Assembly (NCBI RefSeq): GCF_009914755.1 | Contig: NC_060938.1 | Strand: one strand, 5' to 3' | DNA length: 64,000 nt | Source: the human T2T-CHM13v2.0 reference genome, Homo sapiens | In this document: one piece after another, positions 12,862-27,038 of the stretch | How positions within the stretch are numbered: position 1 is the stretch's first letter | How the letters are laid out: the number at the start of each line of letters is the position of its first letter | Notes under the pieces: generated by a model | Databases searched by the model: none | What the model saw: only the letters and a program-made list of their open reading frames with translations | What the model was told of the DNA's origin: nothing | Program-made: the position numbers and the translations under genes

Positions 12862-13539
12862 CTATTAAGCCAACAATTGTAATTACCCCTCATTTCCCAG
12901 GTAAAAAGGTTTTAAATCAATAAGTAACTCACACTTACCCTGGCCACACCAGACTAGAGGCAAACATAGACGACATCAGTGATCCTCTGCAAAGCAAAAT
13001 ACCTGTAATTCTAGCCCTGCTCTTTTTCCTGGGTTCTCTTAAATGGGCTTTAGAATGTGCCGCGTAAACCTATGAACTATTCTCTTCCTCTTGACACCTC
13101 CATGTTCTCCATGGTATCTGTCGTGCACATCATGGCACTCAGGAGTCTGCTCTGAAGATCAGACTCCCAGGTAAGGATGCGGCTCCAGTTGCTCTATATT
13201 CCCAATCATTGTGCCAAAGTTCAGAGAAATCACCTTCAGTCAGGGAGCTGCCTTATATTCTCTATTTTGTCATATTTTCCAAAAATTTTCCACAAACTAT
13301 AGAAGTTAGGTTTAAATAGGAGAGAGGATTTCTTTATGTTCAGTTGGTATTCTTTGGTTCATTACAGAGCCTCCTACCTGCTATACCACAAAATGAATTC
13401 ACCAGACACTGGACGAAAAGACATATGAAGTGACACAGGCCTCATACTGAAAACACATTTTTTGAAATCGTCTTTATATATAAAACCTTAGGAAATTTTT
13501 AGATATAATTTTTAGTTTACCACATTCACATTGTTTATT

Positions 13540-14480
13540 TAGTTAGCTTTCATTTTTGTCATTAATTTCTAGTTTTATCACACCATATTCAAAGAACATA
13601 GTCTAGATGAAGCTGAGCCTTTGAATTAAACTTCCTCTTTTACTTATACCTACACAGGCCTGAAAATCACATATTTTATGTATTTGTTTGATCTCTTTTC
13701 AGATATATTTTATATATTTGCTTTTTCATTTTCCAAAAAGGTTTGTTTTTATTCTAACCATAAGTATTGATCTATTTTTTTCTCTTAAGTCAGTTGTTGC
13801 TTTTGATATTTTGAGATCTGTTAGCAGCACATATGTTCATGATGATGGTGTCATATCTCCAACATGTAATGTTTCTTGTCCCTTATTAGGTTTTTCACCT
13901 TAAATTCTATCTGCTCTGATATTAAGTGCTACCTATGATTTCTTTGCTTCAGACATAACTGGTGTATTTTTTTCCATTCCTTTATTTTCAATCGGTCTAT
14001 ATCCTTTTGTATTTAAAATTTATGGTTCTTATAAATAACATCTGTCCAGATCATGGGTCTAAAAACTCTTTCTGTCTGTTGGTTGTTCACATTAACTCAC
14101 TTGTATCTACTATAATTACTGTTACTTTGACACTTTGCTATCTTATTTAGTGCTATTTGCCATGTTTTCCTTTTATTTCTTTCTTTTCTCTTTCTTGGTT
14201 TTCTTTAAATAGTCTCCATTTTATTCTGCTGATTTAAATGTCATAATTCTATAGTTATTGTTGTGGTGGTTGCCCTAACTCTTTAACCTATACTTATATT
14301 ATGCTCATTTTTCCTAACGATGTCTAACATTTATCAATATCTACATCCCTCCCCTGAACAAGAATCTAAGTGTCTTCTCGGCAGCTTCTGATCAGTCCCC
14401 ACACCACTTCCCAAATGTCTAAGGAGTTAGATGTTTGAACGTGACTGTAAAATTGGTTGTTACTTATTCCTCACACACAT
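13540..14480 (-). mobile_element. Ancient L1M fragment (ORF2 5'/endonuclease region)
   Basis: T-rich antisense L1 signatures such as TTAAATTCTAT...TCTGATATTAA and TTTTTCCATTCCTTTATTTTCAA. Confidence 0.65.
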
Positions 14481-17400
14481 TTCAAGTTTGTAATTTCCAC
14501 AAAACACACTCATAAGCAAAAGAACTCTAGCCTATCTAGTTACCTACCTAATCTTTCCTCTCCTGCCTGGAAACATGCATTTTCCATAGTCAAATCAAGT
14601 GTTTCATTTTCCTAAATCCAACTTTAGCCCAGATACCTTGCAGCCCGTGGGATCCCCAAAGGACATCCCCAAGGGAGACGTATACAAAGGAAAGCAAAGT
14701 AGTAATTTCTGAACACTCTGTGGTTTCCCTTTTCTTAAGTGACTCAGACCTAATTAGGCCAAGCCTAAAGGAGTTTCTTTGCTCTTCTCTGACTCTTCCC
14801 TCTGCCTAAGTTAATCCTTAATCTTACCAGAGTGGAAAGGAAAGCCCCAAATAAGGGGCAAGTACAACCTGGGCAGAGAAAGACAGATGGCAATGGAGTC
14901 TGCCTAGTGAAAAGCAGGCACGCGCTAGGACAGCTGTCCTGGGCCCTTAGAGAGGACCCCAGAGAGGGTCAGCTCACCACTCCTAGTACCTGGAGAAATA
15001 AACAAAGTGAAGTGAAGCCCACCCCCATATACTCCCCGCATACAACCCAAATGGCATCCTGGGTCTGACTTCCTATCACAAAGGCTGAAACAGGTAAAGG
15101 TGTAGAATAGTGACACCTGTGTTTCCTATGCCGTGCAGCTCAAAAACTGTATATTGAACACCAACGATCAATGGAAAAATACAGATGAATGAGACACCAT
15201 CCCTACCCTGTGAGTGCTCGCAGACAGTTGGAAAAGGCAGATGTATTCAAGGCTGTGAGATACTATGTCATAACGAAAAATTTCTCAAAACTTAGCAATT
15301 CCCAAGAAAGTCACTGGGACTCATCATCCTAGGGGTACGAGACCTACTAGAGAGTCAAGAGAGGAAAAGTACTTTCTCTTCTGGACCAATTCCCTAGCAT
15401 ACAAATCACTAAAAAGGCTTCCCTTCCCCCAAATTGTCTCTTTTGCTTTTTACTAATGCTGGAAATTTCTTTCAGTGGAGACAAAGCCAGTCTTTCTGCA
15501 ATTAGAGAAAACAAGCTTAAAATAGAAGTGCTGTGGGATGGTTAGCATGAGTGGAAATTAGGTCAAACCCATGTGTGAATGACTAATATCAGTTGATCAC
15601 CAGTTTTGATAGGCGATAGAGGTTAGTGATTCATAAACCCTGGGAGCTGGGAGCCCCAAGAGTCCCACTGAAAGAAACTGGAACACCAAAGAACACAGGC
15701 ATGTGTTACAATGTTGTTCAGGCTTTGCTCTGTTGATTTCTATTTATTGGAAAAACAACTAGAACCTGAAGCAATATTGCCTGTTTCCTCAAGTCATCTC
15801 AGAAGGGACCCTGTTTTGGAATCCTAGTCCCCATCTTCATCCCCTGATATCTAGGACTGTGAATTCATATTCTGAATCCCACAAATCATAAACACCTCTC
15901 ACCTAGCTCTTCATTCCCTGATGTCTGTCCAGAACTGTCCACATTCCAGTACTTCATCAGCAGATTAACTTGATCATATTATCTACTGATTCACAGTGTG
16001 GCCTTAAAATTCCTCCAAGGAGTCTCCAGGCCCTTCGAGGACAATGAGCATCACTTGCGTCTCCCATGCCTGCAATTATCTGATCATTCCTCCATCACAG
16101 TAACTTCATCCACAACTGTTCTTTCAGCTCCCCGCATTTGTCCCTTTCCCCAAACAATTAGATCTCCGCGTGGATAGACAGTTGAGATGGAGGGCTTTTT
16201 TGTGGGGAGGGGGCGAATCTGATGCCATTTATATCCCTTCAGAGCTCCAGCCTGGTTTAATAATCCCCAAGCACCACTTTGCGTGCGGCAAGGTATAAAT
16301 ATATGCTAATAGGAGGTCTGGCTCCTTGTCACAACACATTGCAGGCTGCATTCGTGCAAGATAGAATAAAAAGATTAGATGCAATCTTGAAGTCAATCAG
16401 AAAGCAGGAGGAAACCAAAAAAACGGAGCTCAGATTGTCAACAAGGAGAGGCAGAAAAATGACTTGAATCGAATTGCAGTTTATCTCGTTAAGCGTTAAA
16501 GGAAACCAATTTCCTTCAGAAATTGGAAGGCAATTTAAACATTTCTACAGTTTTACTAAAGTTTGAAAAATTCCAGTAAAAGAATAAGATTTTCTTTATC
16601 TCTGCATATCTGACATTTTCCCTGTACTCTCAGGGACTAGAAGGCCCTAGATAAGAGGATATTTAAGGAAAAGTGAGCAGTTATCAACAAGTAAGGAAAA
16701 GAATCTATTAAAGAAATACTCACGTGATTTCTTCAGCCCCTTCAGGTTCCATGCCAAAAGACCCAAGGAAACTAGAACTGTGTAGGAAAATACCAGCATA
16801 CAAAATCTGGTCTAGCCCTGGATAAATCACCAGGCTGGGTTAATTGACAAACACAGAAGTCACATTCAACCTATAAAGGCCAAATACATTGTACCAATCT
16901 CAAAGCCAAGCTACCTTCCATTGGGGTCGATGCCATCACAAGCTAAAGGCACTGTTCACAATGAACTTAAGTCTTTTTTGATAAGCCCCCTTCCCCATTC
17001 CTAGAATCATAAACATTGACAGTGGCCCCTATTTTGCAAACCGTATAATGGTTACTCCTCCTTCCCATGCTGAAATGTGTAATTCTCCCCAACCATTGTA
17101 TCTCATAGAAATCACTAACTAAACCTCCATCATCAGATTTAAAACCAAGCTTTCTCCAATCCCATAGTCCATCCGGAAATTATTGTTAGCCAACAAAAGC
17201 AGACCTTTTTTTTTTTTTCCTGCATTATCCCAGACAATGAATTCTCAATATTTCCAGAAACATGAGGGCTTAAAGGATACATATACTGTACTAAGAATAG
17301 CCATTACCTCAGGAAGAGGATCAATCAGAGTACCTGAAAGGGGCTCCCATATTTTACTCAGTCTATACATGTATTGTTTTTATCTTCTACAGTGAAAAAG

Positions 17401-17481
17401 CAAGTATTGCTCTGTAATTTTAGAAAATGCATTTTAAGATGTTCTGAGATGAATAAGCTAAGATTATTTTTTTCAGATTCA

Positions 17482-17978
<497 letters not shown>

Positions 17979-18770
17979 TTAACTTGCCAAAATTGTGGCT
18001 TTTGTCTTCATTCATTGCTTTCCCTGCACAGTCATTCAGTCAACAAACATTTACAGAGCACTTACTACCTCATAGACTGAAAAAGGCATCTGATGTGAAG
18101 CTAAAATTTTCCTTAAAAAAGGAATATGATAATTAATGATGTGGCCAGTTGTTCTCCGTTATAATTAAAGACAAAATCTCAGACAGATTCATCAGAGATA
18201 ACATTCAGGAACAAAAAAAAAGTGCCTTTCCTGGTTTCCCACTTCTACTGACAACTTTTTTCTTTCAATAACTTGTTATGTGCCAGGAGCAAACAATATG
18301 AAATCCATTCCTAATGAGCAATAATTATAGCTTTAAGAAGCTGTACAATCAGTGTTCAGTGATTTCATTATTAGATAGCACCATAAATTATGCTAATGCT
18401 GATAACAGTTCTGGATGAGAGAGGTCCAGATCCAGGAGATTGCACTGAAATTATTTACATCCTCTATTTCTGAAACAATAGATCCAGCAATTTGAAAATC
18501 AGATGATCCGATTTATTCTGGCGGGACACACATGTAACAAGTTGCATCAACCATAAAATTAAATAGGCTTTCTTTTTATTTTTTTTCCTTTTTTCTTCTT
18601 AAACTTTTTTCTTCAATCTTCTCTTACCTTGAGTATTACCAATCTCCTTTGAGAGGAAATTCTAAGTACTGTAAAAAATTGCTCAGTGATGGTGGTTGAT
18701 GATGTCAGAAAAGGATGACTTCAGTGCACCTGTGTCTTCATAAAAGCTAAGCTTAAAAATGCTATGTCTG

Positions 18771-19091
<321 letters not shown>

Positions 19092-19334
19092 TCACAATTA
19101 CCTACTAGGATGCAGAAGAGGGGTACAGACTTACTGTGTTAGGGAACGATTGCCTCTTCTAATCAAAGTCCAAGCTTTTAAGGGTCAGCTATGAAAGGAG
19201 AATCTCCAGATGGATATGGAGAGATGTCCTAGGTGTCTCAACTTTATTCTCCTGTGTTTAGAGTTGGGAATTTTCCCACTTCAGTTAATAGGGTTTTGTT
19301 TTGTTTTGTTTTTCTTTTTCTTTTTTTTTTTTTT

Positions 19335-19600
19335 TTAAAGCTAACTTTTTTTGAGTACTTTATATGCCAAGCCCTGTGCAAAGGGCTTTATGTACACTCT
19401 CTCATCCAATCCTCATTAAAACCCTGTGTAATAAATTTATGATTGATTCTCATTGTGGAGATGAAGAATAAAAGTTTCAGAAGGCAAAAAATAAAATAAA
19501 ATAAGCAAAAACTAATTTGCCTAAGAACATACACTTAGCAAATGGAAAAGCCAGGATTCAAACCCAGGGGGACCAGGGCTTGCTGCCCTTGATAGGAAAT
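19335..19600 (-). mobile_element. MIR
   Basis: TTGAGTACTTTATATGCCAAGCCCTGTGC...AATTTGCCTAAG...AGCCAGGATTCAAACCCAGG. Confidence 0.8.
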
Positions 19601-19729
19601 GCGAGGAATCCAACACCCATCTGACTCCAAGGGCAGGGGCTTTGCTGAAGCCTCATAAAGGGCAGCAAAGGGGCAAAAGATACTACGTGACACCCAGAAA
19701 GACTTTCTAAAATTCCTATTAAGGTTTAC

Positions 19730-20394
19730 CAAAGATATGGAGCAACTAGAGCACCTTACATTACTGCAGAGGATGCCAATTGGTACAACCACTTTGGAAA
19801 ACTATATTTTGCAGTATCAACAGAAGTTAAATATACACATATACCCTGTGACCCAGCATTGCACTCCTAAGTGTCTACCAAACAGAAATGACATGCACAA
19901 CAATATTCACAGCAGCATTGCCCAAAATAGTTCCCAAACTGAAAACAACCCAAATGTCCATTAACATGGACAATGAGCATATTCATTAACTTGCCCATGG
20001 ATAAATGGGGAAATTAATTATGGTATATTTATTCAATGGAATACTACACAAGAATAAAAAATAGATTACTGATACATACAAAACCACGTATAAATCTCAT
20101 AGACATAGCCAAGGGAAAGAAATCAGAAACAAACAATCAATACTATATGATTCCATATACATAAGGTTTAAAAACTCACAAAACTACTCTATGGGACTAG
20201 AATCAGAATAATGATCACTCTTGAGCTATTGACAAGGGTGTAAGGGAGCCCTCTGGGGTGATTGAAATGTTCTATATCTTGATGTGGGTAGTAGTTACCC
20301 AAGTATATTCATATGTAAAAATGCATTGAGCAGTACACTTAACATTTGTGTATTTTATATAAGCTATATCTCAATTTTTAAAAATAAATAAAAA
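19730..20394 (+). mobile_element. L1ME-type 3' fragment
   Basis: TGGTACAACCACTTTGGAAAAC, TATTCACAGCAGCATTG, GAAATGTTCTATATCTTGAT, A-rich end. Confidence 0.85.
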
Positions 20395-23291
20395 TTGTCT
20401 TTGGGTCTCTTTGTCCCCAAAAGTCCTAGTCATCATGGCAGTTGGTCCCCCAAACTCTACCTCTATTTCTTCCAACTTCAGCACCCCACTTCTCTTGGTC
20501 CCTTCTCATACCTTCTAGATATATTATTTTCAGTCTTGCTGGTAGATTCATGTCCTTTCTTACATAAATCAATTTAGTTCCCTCTGGCACCTTCCATTTC
20601 TCTTTACTATTCATTAGTATAATCAGGAGAATGAAAATTCCAGCAGTCAAGCAGATCAAACAAACAACTCTCTTTAGAAGAATATTAGTGCACTTACAGA
20701 GTCAGATTAGAATCATTTGTTTCTATCTCCTCTGAGAAAGAGTAAGCTCCCTGAGGGTGGGGGGGTACATAACTCAGATGCTGGGCAAATGTGGAGTTGT
20801 ATTAAATGAATGCTCTTACTTACTCCATACTTCAAGTTGTGAAACCTAGGGCATTCACTAACTTCTCATCATTCACTCCAGAGATGCCAGCAATGGGTTA
20901 AAGTAATAAACAAGGATACTTAGAGTTAAGATCATAAAACTATGTTTCAGAGGCATTTGCCTGGGAATTACAAGAAAAATGCAAGATGGCAGACTTTAAT
21001 TATCTTGGGTCATTTTTATTATTTTAATCTTTTTATCTCTCTCTAACTTACTGCCTTTTACTGAACAGGCATAACCAGGCAATTCCACTGTTACGAGAGA
21101 ATAGAAGAACAATAATTCCCTTAGAGTGTATAGGAGAGAAGACAAGAAGTCTAAGTAAACAATTAAATTGTCTAAACTCTGAAATGTAGGAAACAAGCCA
21201 GGAATCGGACTGGCACCTATTTTCTTGCTGTTGAATATAGCGGAGCCTAGAAAGGTGATTAGTTCCCATTTTATCATACAGGTGGAAGAGTCTTTCATCT
21301 ATTTGCTTGGGAAGGTGCTCAAGTGTGGGCATCTCGCAGGAATAGTCTCATCTCTTTAACCTGGGATATACCAGCTACCAATCACTATCAGAACCCCAAA
21401 ATTCAAAATCAGGGAAGCAAGCGAAAAAATAAAGGCAAAAGGACGCATTCGACCTATTACTTATCAAGAAAGAGTGGCTTGTCTTAGAGTCCATTTCAAA
21501 ATGCTGTGCCAGGCCAAATTTAGAGGAGAGAAAATCTTTTGTTCAAATCCCTCACTGAAATATAACTAAATGGAATAAAAGTCTGAGGTCGTGTAACAGG
21601 CCTCAATTGTAAGGCCACAGGTGACAAAAGGCTAGTTGAAGGATAAGCCATTTTTTTCGAATACTGATATATTACCAACATTGAGAGAGCTTCATATCAC
21701 ACGAAACATTTCCATGTTTAGAAAGACAATGTGCCATTCCTTTCCAGTCCCCCAGGACAACCACCTCAGTTGGATGACTTCTGTATAAATACAGAAGCTA
21801 ACTGTGAAGAAATACACGTTCACTTCTTAGAAAAGTATTCCTGTGTTTATCTTTTGGTAGACCTGGGCTTCTTAGACATAAACCATTCCTTGTCAGCAAC
21901 AAGTAGGCAAGTAGGGGTTTATTTTTGTCATTCATAAAATAAACCAGTTCCCAGCCAAAGGAAATGAGTCTTAGAGACAACCCCGTCATAGACATGCTGT
22001 AGAAGTTACAAATGGCTCTGTGGCCCAGGCCATAAACAGTCTTTAGGAAGGCTGGTGCTGAGCTGTTGATATTAAAAATCACCTCATTAATTATGTTTGT
22101 AAACAATGCAGCTGCCTGTGCTTGCAAGCTGGCTTCCTCAGCATAATAATATTTGTAACAATAATAACCATCATTTCAAGCATAGCAATAAATAGTCAAT
22201 CCAAGAACCTCATGTGAAATCACATCTGGGAGCTGCCACCTGGTCATTCAAAACACCTCTTCAGAAGGTAGGAAGGTTGTTGTTTGTTTTCCACTCAGAA
22301 GGCACTTTATCAGGATCAAATACTCCACGAAAATCACCCCCCCCCTCACTTTTTTAAAAAAACTGGTCAACAGCTAGTGTGGTCAGAGTAACAAAACCAA
22401 GAAGAAAGCCAAGAGACAAAAGCAGGAAAGAGCTGGCCCTAAAAGCACATCATGTGGCATAACCTCCAGAAAGCATGAGGGGAAAGGGGCCCACTCCTCT
22501 CCCCCAGTGAAGGCTCAGTGAGGTTCAGACTTACTTCAGGAGACCAACAAACCAGCTATGCCTTCTTGGCGCTCGTTCAGTTACACTTTTATCGAACACC
22601 TACTATGCACTGGGTGTGCACCAGGTGCTAGAGAAAAACTCACAAGCAGATATCCATTGCAGATGCCTGTCGGTGATGTAATTAGGACATACCTGGCCGA
22701 CTAGGCAATGCATAATCTAAGTGGCCTGGTATTTCCTTTCATTAAAGTCATACCTTTAGAGCACATATTTCTAAAGTTAGAGCAGCAATAGTAAGTCCTT
22801 AAAATTGCTAAAAGCAAGAGAAAAATATGTTTTCTTGTAACACAGGTAAGCTAGGATTACTAGGCTTCTTTCCACATGAGAGGACAACACCTTCATACCT
22901 CATTTATGCCCCCTCCACATGTAAATTTTAATTCTGAACTTCACCGGAGAGAGATAAATGTGGCATCCAATTCCAAAGCATTACCCATTTTCTCTGTCTC
23001 TGTCCCTCTCTTTCCCCTCTCACTCTGTGTATATATTAATTTTATAGATCTTTTTATTGTCTGAACTACACTGGTTGCATGAGAAGCAGAATAGGCCAAG
23101 AAGTTCCATTTCACACATGCCATCCTTATAATTCAAATAGGACAATAAAAAGAGAGAGAGATCTATAAACTGGTGATAAATCAGTGTCCTAAACCAAATT
23201 AACCATCGAAATAGATTATCATAAAAATAACGCCATGAAAAATATTCTTCACCTTCCTGGTTCAGCTGCCTGTAATGGAGAAAGGGAAGGG

Positions 23292-23324
<33 letters not shown>

Positions 23325-23363
23325 CATGTACATTGCCACACACACATGCAGACATGCACACAC
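23292..23363. repeat. (TG)n followed by degenerate (CA)n
   Basis: Read directly. Confidence 0.9.
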
Positions 23364-23494
23364 AGGCCAGAGGGCACGCAGTTACATGCTGCTTGCTCCT
23401 CCAGGAACAGAGAATGCTAAGAAACCTCAGGATTGATCCCCAGCCTTCCCAGTTTCTAAAGCTCAGCTTTCATCCAACCTGGTAAATAACAATA

Positions 23495-24175
23495 CCATGT
23501 GCCAAGTGTTATGTTAGACCCTGAGGATACAAAATGAGCTAAAGTGGACACAATCCTTATCCTCATAAAACTTCCAGTCAGGGGTAGAATAGATATGGAA
23601 ATTAATCAAATAATTATATGGATAATATTTTTCTAACTATACATCCTAATAATTGCCTAAGAAAATGCACCAGCGGCTATAAGGGAACCCAGCTTAGTCT
23701 GAAGTCAGAAATGAATGCATCTTTGAGCTGGAGAACGAGTGGAGGCCAGAGTGATATAAATGGCCCACCAGCAGGCAGCATCCTCCATCAGTAGGAGGAG
23801 TGAAATGCACTTTTATCACAGGAGAAGGTTGAAGGAGAATGGATGAGCAAATGTGATTGGGACCACAAGCAACAAGAGGAGGGGGAATGTTCCACACAAA
23901 GGGAACCACATATACAAAGACTCTGAGGACAGGCGAGAAGCACGTAACAGGAACTGAAAGGCAGCCACAAAGGGAGAGCAGAGAGCAAGAGGAGGGCGGT
24001 GTCAGATGCAACGAAAGGGGCAGAAGCCAGATCATGGAGATTATTAGCATGTGGAGGGGGAGGATGATGCGCGGGAGTGCTGAGTTTTCTCTTTCAAAAG
24101 CTCACTTTGTTTTCGTGTGGAGAACAGGTTGACATGAAAGAAGGAAGGAGCTGGGAAGACAGTTATTAGTCCTCT
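23495..24175 (-). mobile_element. L2 fragment
   Basis: ATGTGCCAAGTGTTATGTTAGACCCTGAGGATACAAAATGAG...CCTCATAAAACTTCCAGTC...GCAGAAGCCAGATCATGGAG. Confidence 0.65.
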
Positions 24176-24204
24176 TGCCAGTCCTCCACCTGAGTCTTGG
24201 CGAG

Positions 24205-24385
24205 AGATCGGACCAGGAGTCTAATACTAACTAGCTCTGTGACCCTGGATAATTTGCTTCACCCCTTTAAGCCTCAAATTCCCCACCCGTAAAATGGCAA
24301 TAATCATGGTTTTGGTGGGGATTAAATGAGATCGTGCCTGTGGGGCACTCAGCCCTCTGTAAGCCTTCAATAAATGTTAGCTGTT
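24205..24385 (+). mobile_element. MIR
   Basis: ACTAACTAGCTCTGTGACCCTGG...GCCTCAAATTCC...GTAAAATGG...GATTAAATGAGA...CAATAAATGTTAGCTG. Confidence 0.85.
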
Positions 24386-24580
24386 GGTGGTGCTGGAGAT
24401 GGAGAGAAACAGACAGATTAGAGAGATATAATAGTCTACCAGCAAGCAATCACCCTACCTAACTCCTACCTAAACTCCTAAAATGTGAGGGGGCACATTT
24501 TTTTCATAGGAGAAAGGTCAGGGAGGAATTAATGAGGAAGGGCGATTGGTACCAATATGAGAAATTTCCCAAATTTGCAA

Positions 24581-24882
24581 TTTTTTTTTTTTTTTTTTTG
24601 GAAACAGAGTCTCACTCTGTCCCCCAGGCTGGGGTGCAGTGGTGCGATCCCAGCTTATTGCAACCTCTGCCTCCTGGATTCCAGCGATTCTTGTGCTTCA
24701 GCCTCCTCAGTAGCTGGAACTACAGGCACATGCCACCACACCCGGCTAATTTTTGTATTTTTAGTAGAGATGGGGTTTCACCACGTTGGCCAGGCTGGTC
24801 TCGAACTCCTGACCTAAAGCAAGCCACCCACCTCGGCCTCCCAAAGTGCTGAGATTACAGGTGTGAGCCATCGTGCCCAGCC
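24581..24882 (-). mobile_element. Alu (AluS-type), full length
   Basis: Poly-T at 24581-24599, both arms, ends CGTGCCCAGCC. Confidence 0.97.
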
Positions 24883-26184
24883 GGAAACAATTCTTGTTCC
24901 TTATTATTAACACTGCCAGAAATATTTAAGCTATGAAAGGTATCTGAGACCATTTAGAGAAGTAATTCCTAAAAAATGCTCAAGTAATATCTTCAACAAG
25001 CTTTGTGACAACAGCAACAAAAAGACTGCAAAAAAGTAAATGACTTGCCCAAGATCATAGGGTTGTTAATGGCTGAAGCCAAGAGTGCAACTTGGGTTAA
25101 ACTCCAAGTCTGTACCCTTTCCAGAAGGGGACAGAGCCTCCTGAGAAGTCCAAATCCAACCCATTCCTTCCAGATTAGTTTAGTCAGAAAAACAAACAAC
25201 AGCAAACCCCAGGAAACAAGGTACAGTTGAAAGTCCAGTTCTATTGTTTATATTGAAAATTATGGTGACGCTACATTGTTTTGGCGTTTGGTAAATTGTA
25301 TCACTCTAATATTAGAGTGTTATAAAATAGCTCTTGCCTTTGGACATAATAACGTCTTTTTGAGGGCTTTATCCAAATGCATACAGGAAGCTAAATAAAC
25401 AAAAGCAGTGTTATTTGTCCACTGCAAAAGGCAATTGTTATTTACTTTTAAGGCAAGTTGGATGATAGGCTATTTGCATATCCAAAACTTCTAATGCAGT
25501 AAGAAAAAAAAATTAACCTCTGTATTAAGCACAGACTCAAGGACTGAGAGACTTCCTTAATTAAATCAAACTGCTTTTCCACAGAAGCTTTAGGTAGAAC
25601 CTACTTATGGGAAGCTTAAGGTAATTGATCCTGAAATTAAGCATTCTTTCAAAATCTGGGCACCGGACTTTTGGCGTACTCACAGAAACCAGAAGTAGTT
25701 TCCCCTGGCTGATCTTTGAGGGTGTCCCCTTTAAACTTGCCAGCCTCCTTCCGTGGAAGATAAAATCATGCAGGGGTATGGATTAGCTATCATGTCATTA
25801 TAGCAGGCACAGCCGTCTGTTACAGGTAAATTGCTAGGCAATGTAATAACAATGCATTTTATTTACTGTGCAGGGTGCTTATCTACAGAAATGTTCCCGA
25901 CAAACAAAGAAAGGCACAGCTAACCGCCTTCCCTTTAGAATACAGGCTGAAGCTATGCCAGCACCTTCAGAGAATAAAAATGCTAAATAATCTCTGTATA
26001 AACAGAGTCCCTAAAAACTCAATGCATTTCCTAACAGAAGCAGAAAAGGCAACTGGTGCCTGGGATGTCCACGAGGTCTTTCTCAGGCTCCTATCACTGC
26101 TGACTAAATCGCATCCCAATTTGGGGAGGAACCAACCAATGGTCAGTGTAAGTCCAGACTAAGAGCATTCATTGTTGTTAAATG

Positions 26185-26430
26185 ATGATGATGATGAGGT
26201 TGATAAGGTTGACTACCATTTGTCACATGCTTGTCATCTGCCTTGCACTTTTCAACATTGTCTTTTTTTAATTCTCAAAACAAACCTATGTTAGTCCTGC
26301 TCTTAACCTCATTTAACAGATGAAGAGTTTCACAAGTAAGGAAACTGTCCACTCAGCTGTTAACTTGAAAATTCAAAAATAAGCCTGCCTCCCTCCAAAA
26401 CTAGAGATATGAACCTCTGTGCTAGACCGT
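26185..26430 (-). mobile_element. MIR
   Basis: TTTAATTCTCAAAACAAACCTATG...CATTTAACAGATGAAGA. Confidence 0.65.
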
Positions 26431-26990
26431 TCTCAAGAATCTGAGGAATTTGCCTGAGGCTGGACTTAGCATTCAGGACTCTTGTCCTCCCCTGCTATTG
26501 GTGCCTACCTTATGCACACATCCCACCCACTGAAGCATCCACTGGGCTCACACTTTGTGCCCCACAATGAGGGCCACCAATACAAAGGGCACTGTTTTAC
26601 TAAAAACCTAGTAGATGCCTTTTAAACATACAGCCGTCCATGAATAGAATAAGTGAACTAATGAATGAAGGAATGAAGAAATCTAATTAAAGAGTCTAGG
26701 ATGCAGCCTACAGAGACATGACTGGAATGTGATTGCTCTAAAAGAAAGCTGTGACTTAATCAATAGTATTAACATATCTGAAGAAAGAATGTGTCCACAG
26801 AAGGAAGGCAGTCTGCCCAGAGTTCAGAAAAATGGAGCACTATTGAATTTGGTGTTTATCCAATTGTGCCCAAGGGAGAGAGGGAGTACATATGGCATTG
26901 ATAGAAAGATGTACCAGGATTGCTTAGTTCACTTCAATAGTCTTTGTAAACCTACTATGTGCCATGCTGTACAGTAGGCACTGTGAACGA

Positions 26991-26999
26991 ACACACACA

Positions 27000-27034
<35 letters not shown>
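26991..27034. repeat. (CA)n microsatellite
   Basis: About 21 CA units with one interruption. Confidence 0.97.

Positions 27035-27038
<4 letters not shown>

Noticed and set aside
18620-18690. 41-nt minus-strand exon candidate (TTTTTTACAG...AAG/GTAAGA)
   Set aside because: It is non-3n with no recognisable peptide and no linkable partner exon; such site pairs are common.
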